Under the pieces are notes generated by a model. It did no database searches. It was not told the DNA's origin and saw nothing but the letters and a program-made list of their open reading frames with translations. DNA of 64,000 bases from Eledone cirrhosa (Eukaryota): assembly GCA_964016885.1 (NCBI GenBank), contig OZ024743.1, forward strand, positions 261,578,001-261,642,000. The letters are read 5' to 3'. Positions within the stretch are counted from its first letter, which is position 1; every line of letters starts with the position of its first letter. Shown here piece by piece: positions 62,576-64,000 of this stretch. The position numbers and the translations under genes were made by a program.

Positions 62576-63717
62576 TTTCATATACACCCTATGATTAAAT
62601 TGTGATATACATACATACACACACAGGTATATCTGTAAGTTTGTGCTGCTGTGTGTTTATGTATATATAATAATTTAATGGAAATTGTTCTGATAAGCTT
62701 TTCTCTTTGTTGCCTTCTTTTCATTAGTTTAAACAGATCACAAGATTTGCAACAAGGTTTCATTTATAGTTGAAGTTCCTTAATGCAACTGAAAATTGTA
62801 TTGATACTTTCTTTCTTCACCTATAGAATTCTCTTCTGGTTTCTTGCTTTCTTGACTTCTACAATTTACAAAAACATCAATTGTGATAATTTCTCTCTTT
62901 GAATTATGTTCTCTTTGTTTTGTTCTTTTCCCTTCTCAGGTTTTATCACCTTACTATATACATATGAGTTATGCATATTGAAGCTAACAGCAATCAAATC
63001 GCCCTCAAATTACATTGTTATGTCTTGAAAAAAGAAAGACAATTATATCAAGCATTTAAAGACTACTTTCCTTGCTAAAGCAGGTGTCAGCCTTGTGGAT
63101 CCCATCACAAGTTTCATATTCATCTAGGAGTCCTTTTTGAGGCAATGTTTTTTTGGCTGGATGTCTCTCCTGGTGCCAATGATTTTAATCACCTCTTATG
63201 ACATACAACTATTCCTTTTGTAAACAGGATACACACAAAAGGAAAGACTCATTAGGTAATGTAGTTTTAAATATGCTTACATTATGTTTGAAGGGAAAAT
63301 AGGATAGTCATTGTTGGAATGTGTTTGATCATAGGTCTACTTGATTAGATTTAGATTTTAGTTATGGCTAAACAATAACAGCTTACCATAATCATTATCA
63401 TCAACAAGTATGGGTGTAGCCTGACATATCTTCATTCATTCTGATCTGTGATAATGATGTGACTTATAAAACCCAACATATCTCACTGCCACCATATGGT
63501 TCACCACAAACCAAGATCTCATTGGAATGACTGGCAAAAATTAACCTGGGACGTCTTTATTTTTTTTATTTTTTGTTTGTTTTGTCATTGAGGAAAGAGC
63601 TGGGCCTCCAAAACTAACTTAATTTGGAAACTTGACCTGAAATGCTTGTAACTGGATGGCTCATACTAAAGGCACCAAATGGTGGTGTTAAACCAGGTGA
63701 TGCTTTACCATCCAGGT

Positions 63718-63900
63718 AATGGACTGAATGGTTAAGAAGTTTGCTTTTCAATTGTTAGGTCCTGGGATCACCCCCACAGCATAGCATCTTGCCTGCATAG
63801 TGTTTTGGGCAAATGTCATTTACAGTATAGCCTTGTGAGTGAAATTGGGTGAATAGAAATTGTTTGGAGTCCTGTCAGATGGACTGTACCTGTAATTCAA
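63718..63900 (+). mobile_element. old tRNA-derived SINE of a further family
   Basis: TGGTTAAGAAGTTTGCTT head; similar heads at about 24050 and 57180. Confidence 0.55.
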
Positions 63901-64000
63901 AATAGACATAGTAAGTAAAGACAATTTTAATTAATTAAAATTACACCTTGAATGATGAGAACAATCATTATTTCATGGCTGTTAATTTAAGTAGAACATT

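Overview
AT-rich, microsatellite-dense animal genomic DNA. The repeat families suggest a coleoid cephalopod such as Octopus (inference). Most of the window is transposon-derived. Non-LTR retroelements: RTE-clade LINEs, including one near-full-length copy and a family with a PHD-like zinc finger inside ORF2; an R2-type restriction-like-endonuclease fragment outside rDNA; a Naiad-type Penelope-like element; and many tRNA-derived SINEs. Other elements: two non-coding LTR elements primed by tRNA-Trp, non-autonomous Helitrons, TTAA and TA MITEs, and minisatellites. The only convincing host coding sequence is a 1989-bp phase-0 exon (50535-52523) encoding a Ser-rich, probably disordered region of an unidentified protein. 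Main highlights: (i) at least six type-I hammerhead ribozyme folds, two of them back-to-back in a 170-bp palindrome; (ii) a very young ORF-less LTR element whose primer-binding site runs 32 nt into tRNA-Trp, with its only mismatch opposite A58 (normally m1A), followed by a second degenerate LTR-end/PBS; (iii) PHD-bearing RTEs; (iv) an R2-like element away from 28S rDNA. Most ORF-track entries are microsatellite or antisense artefacts. All alignments and folds were done by eye.
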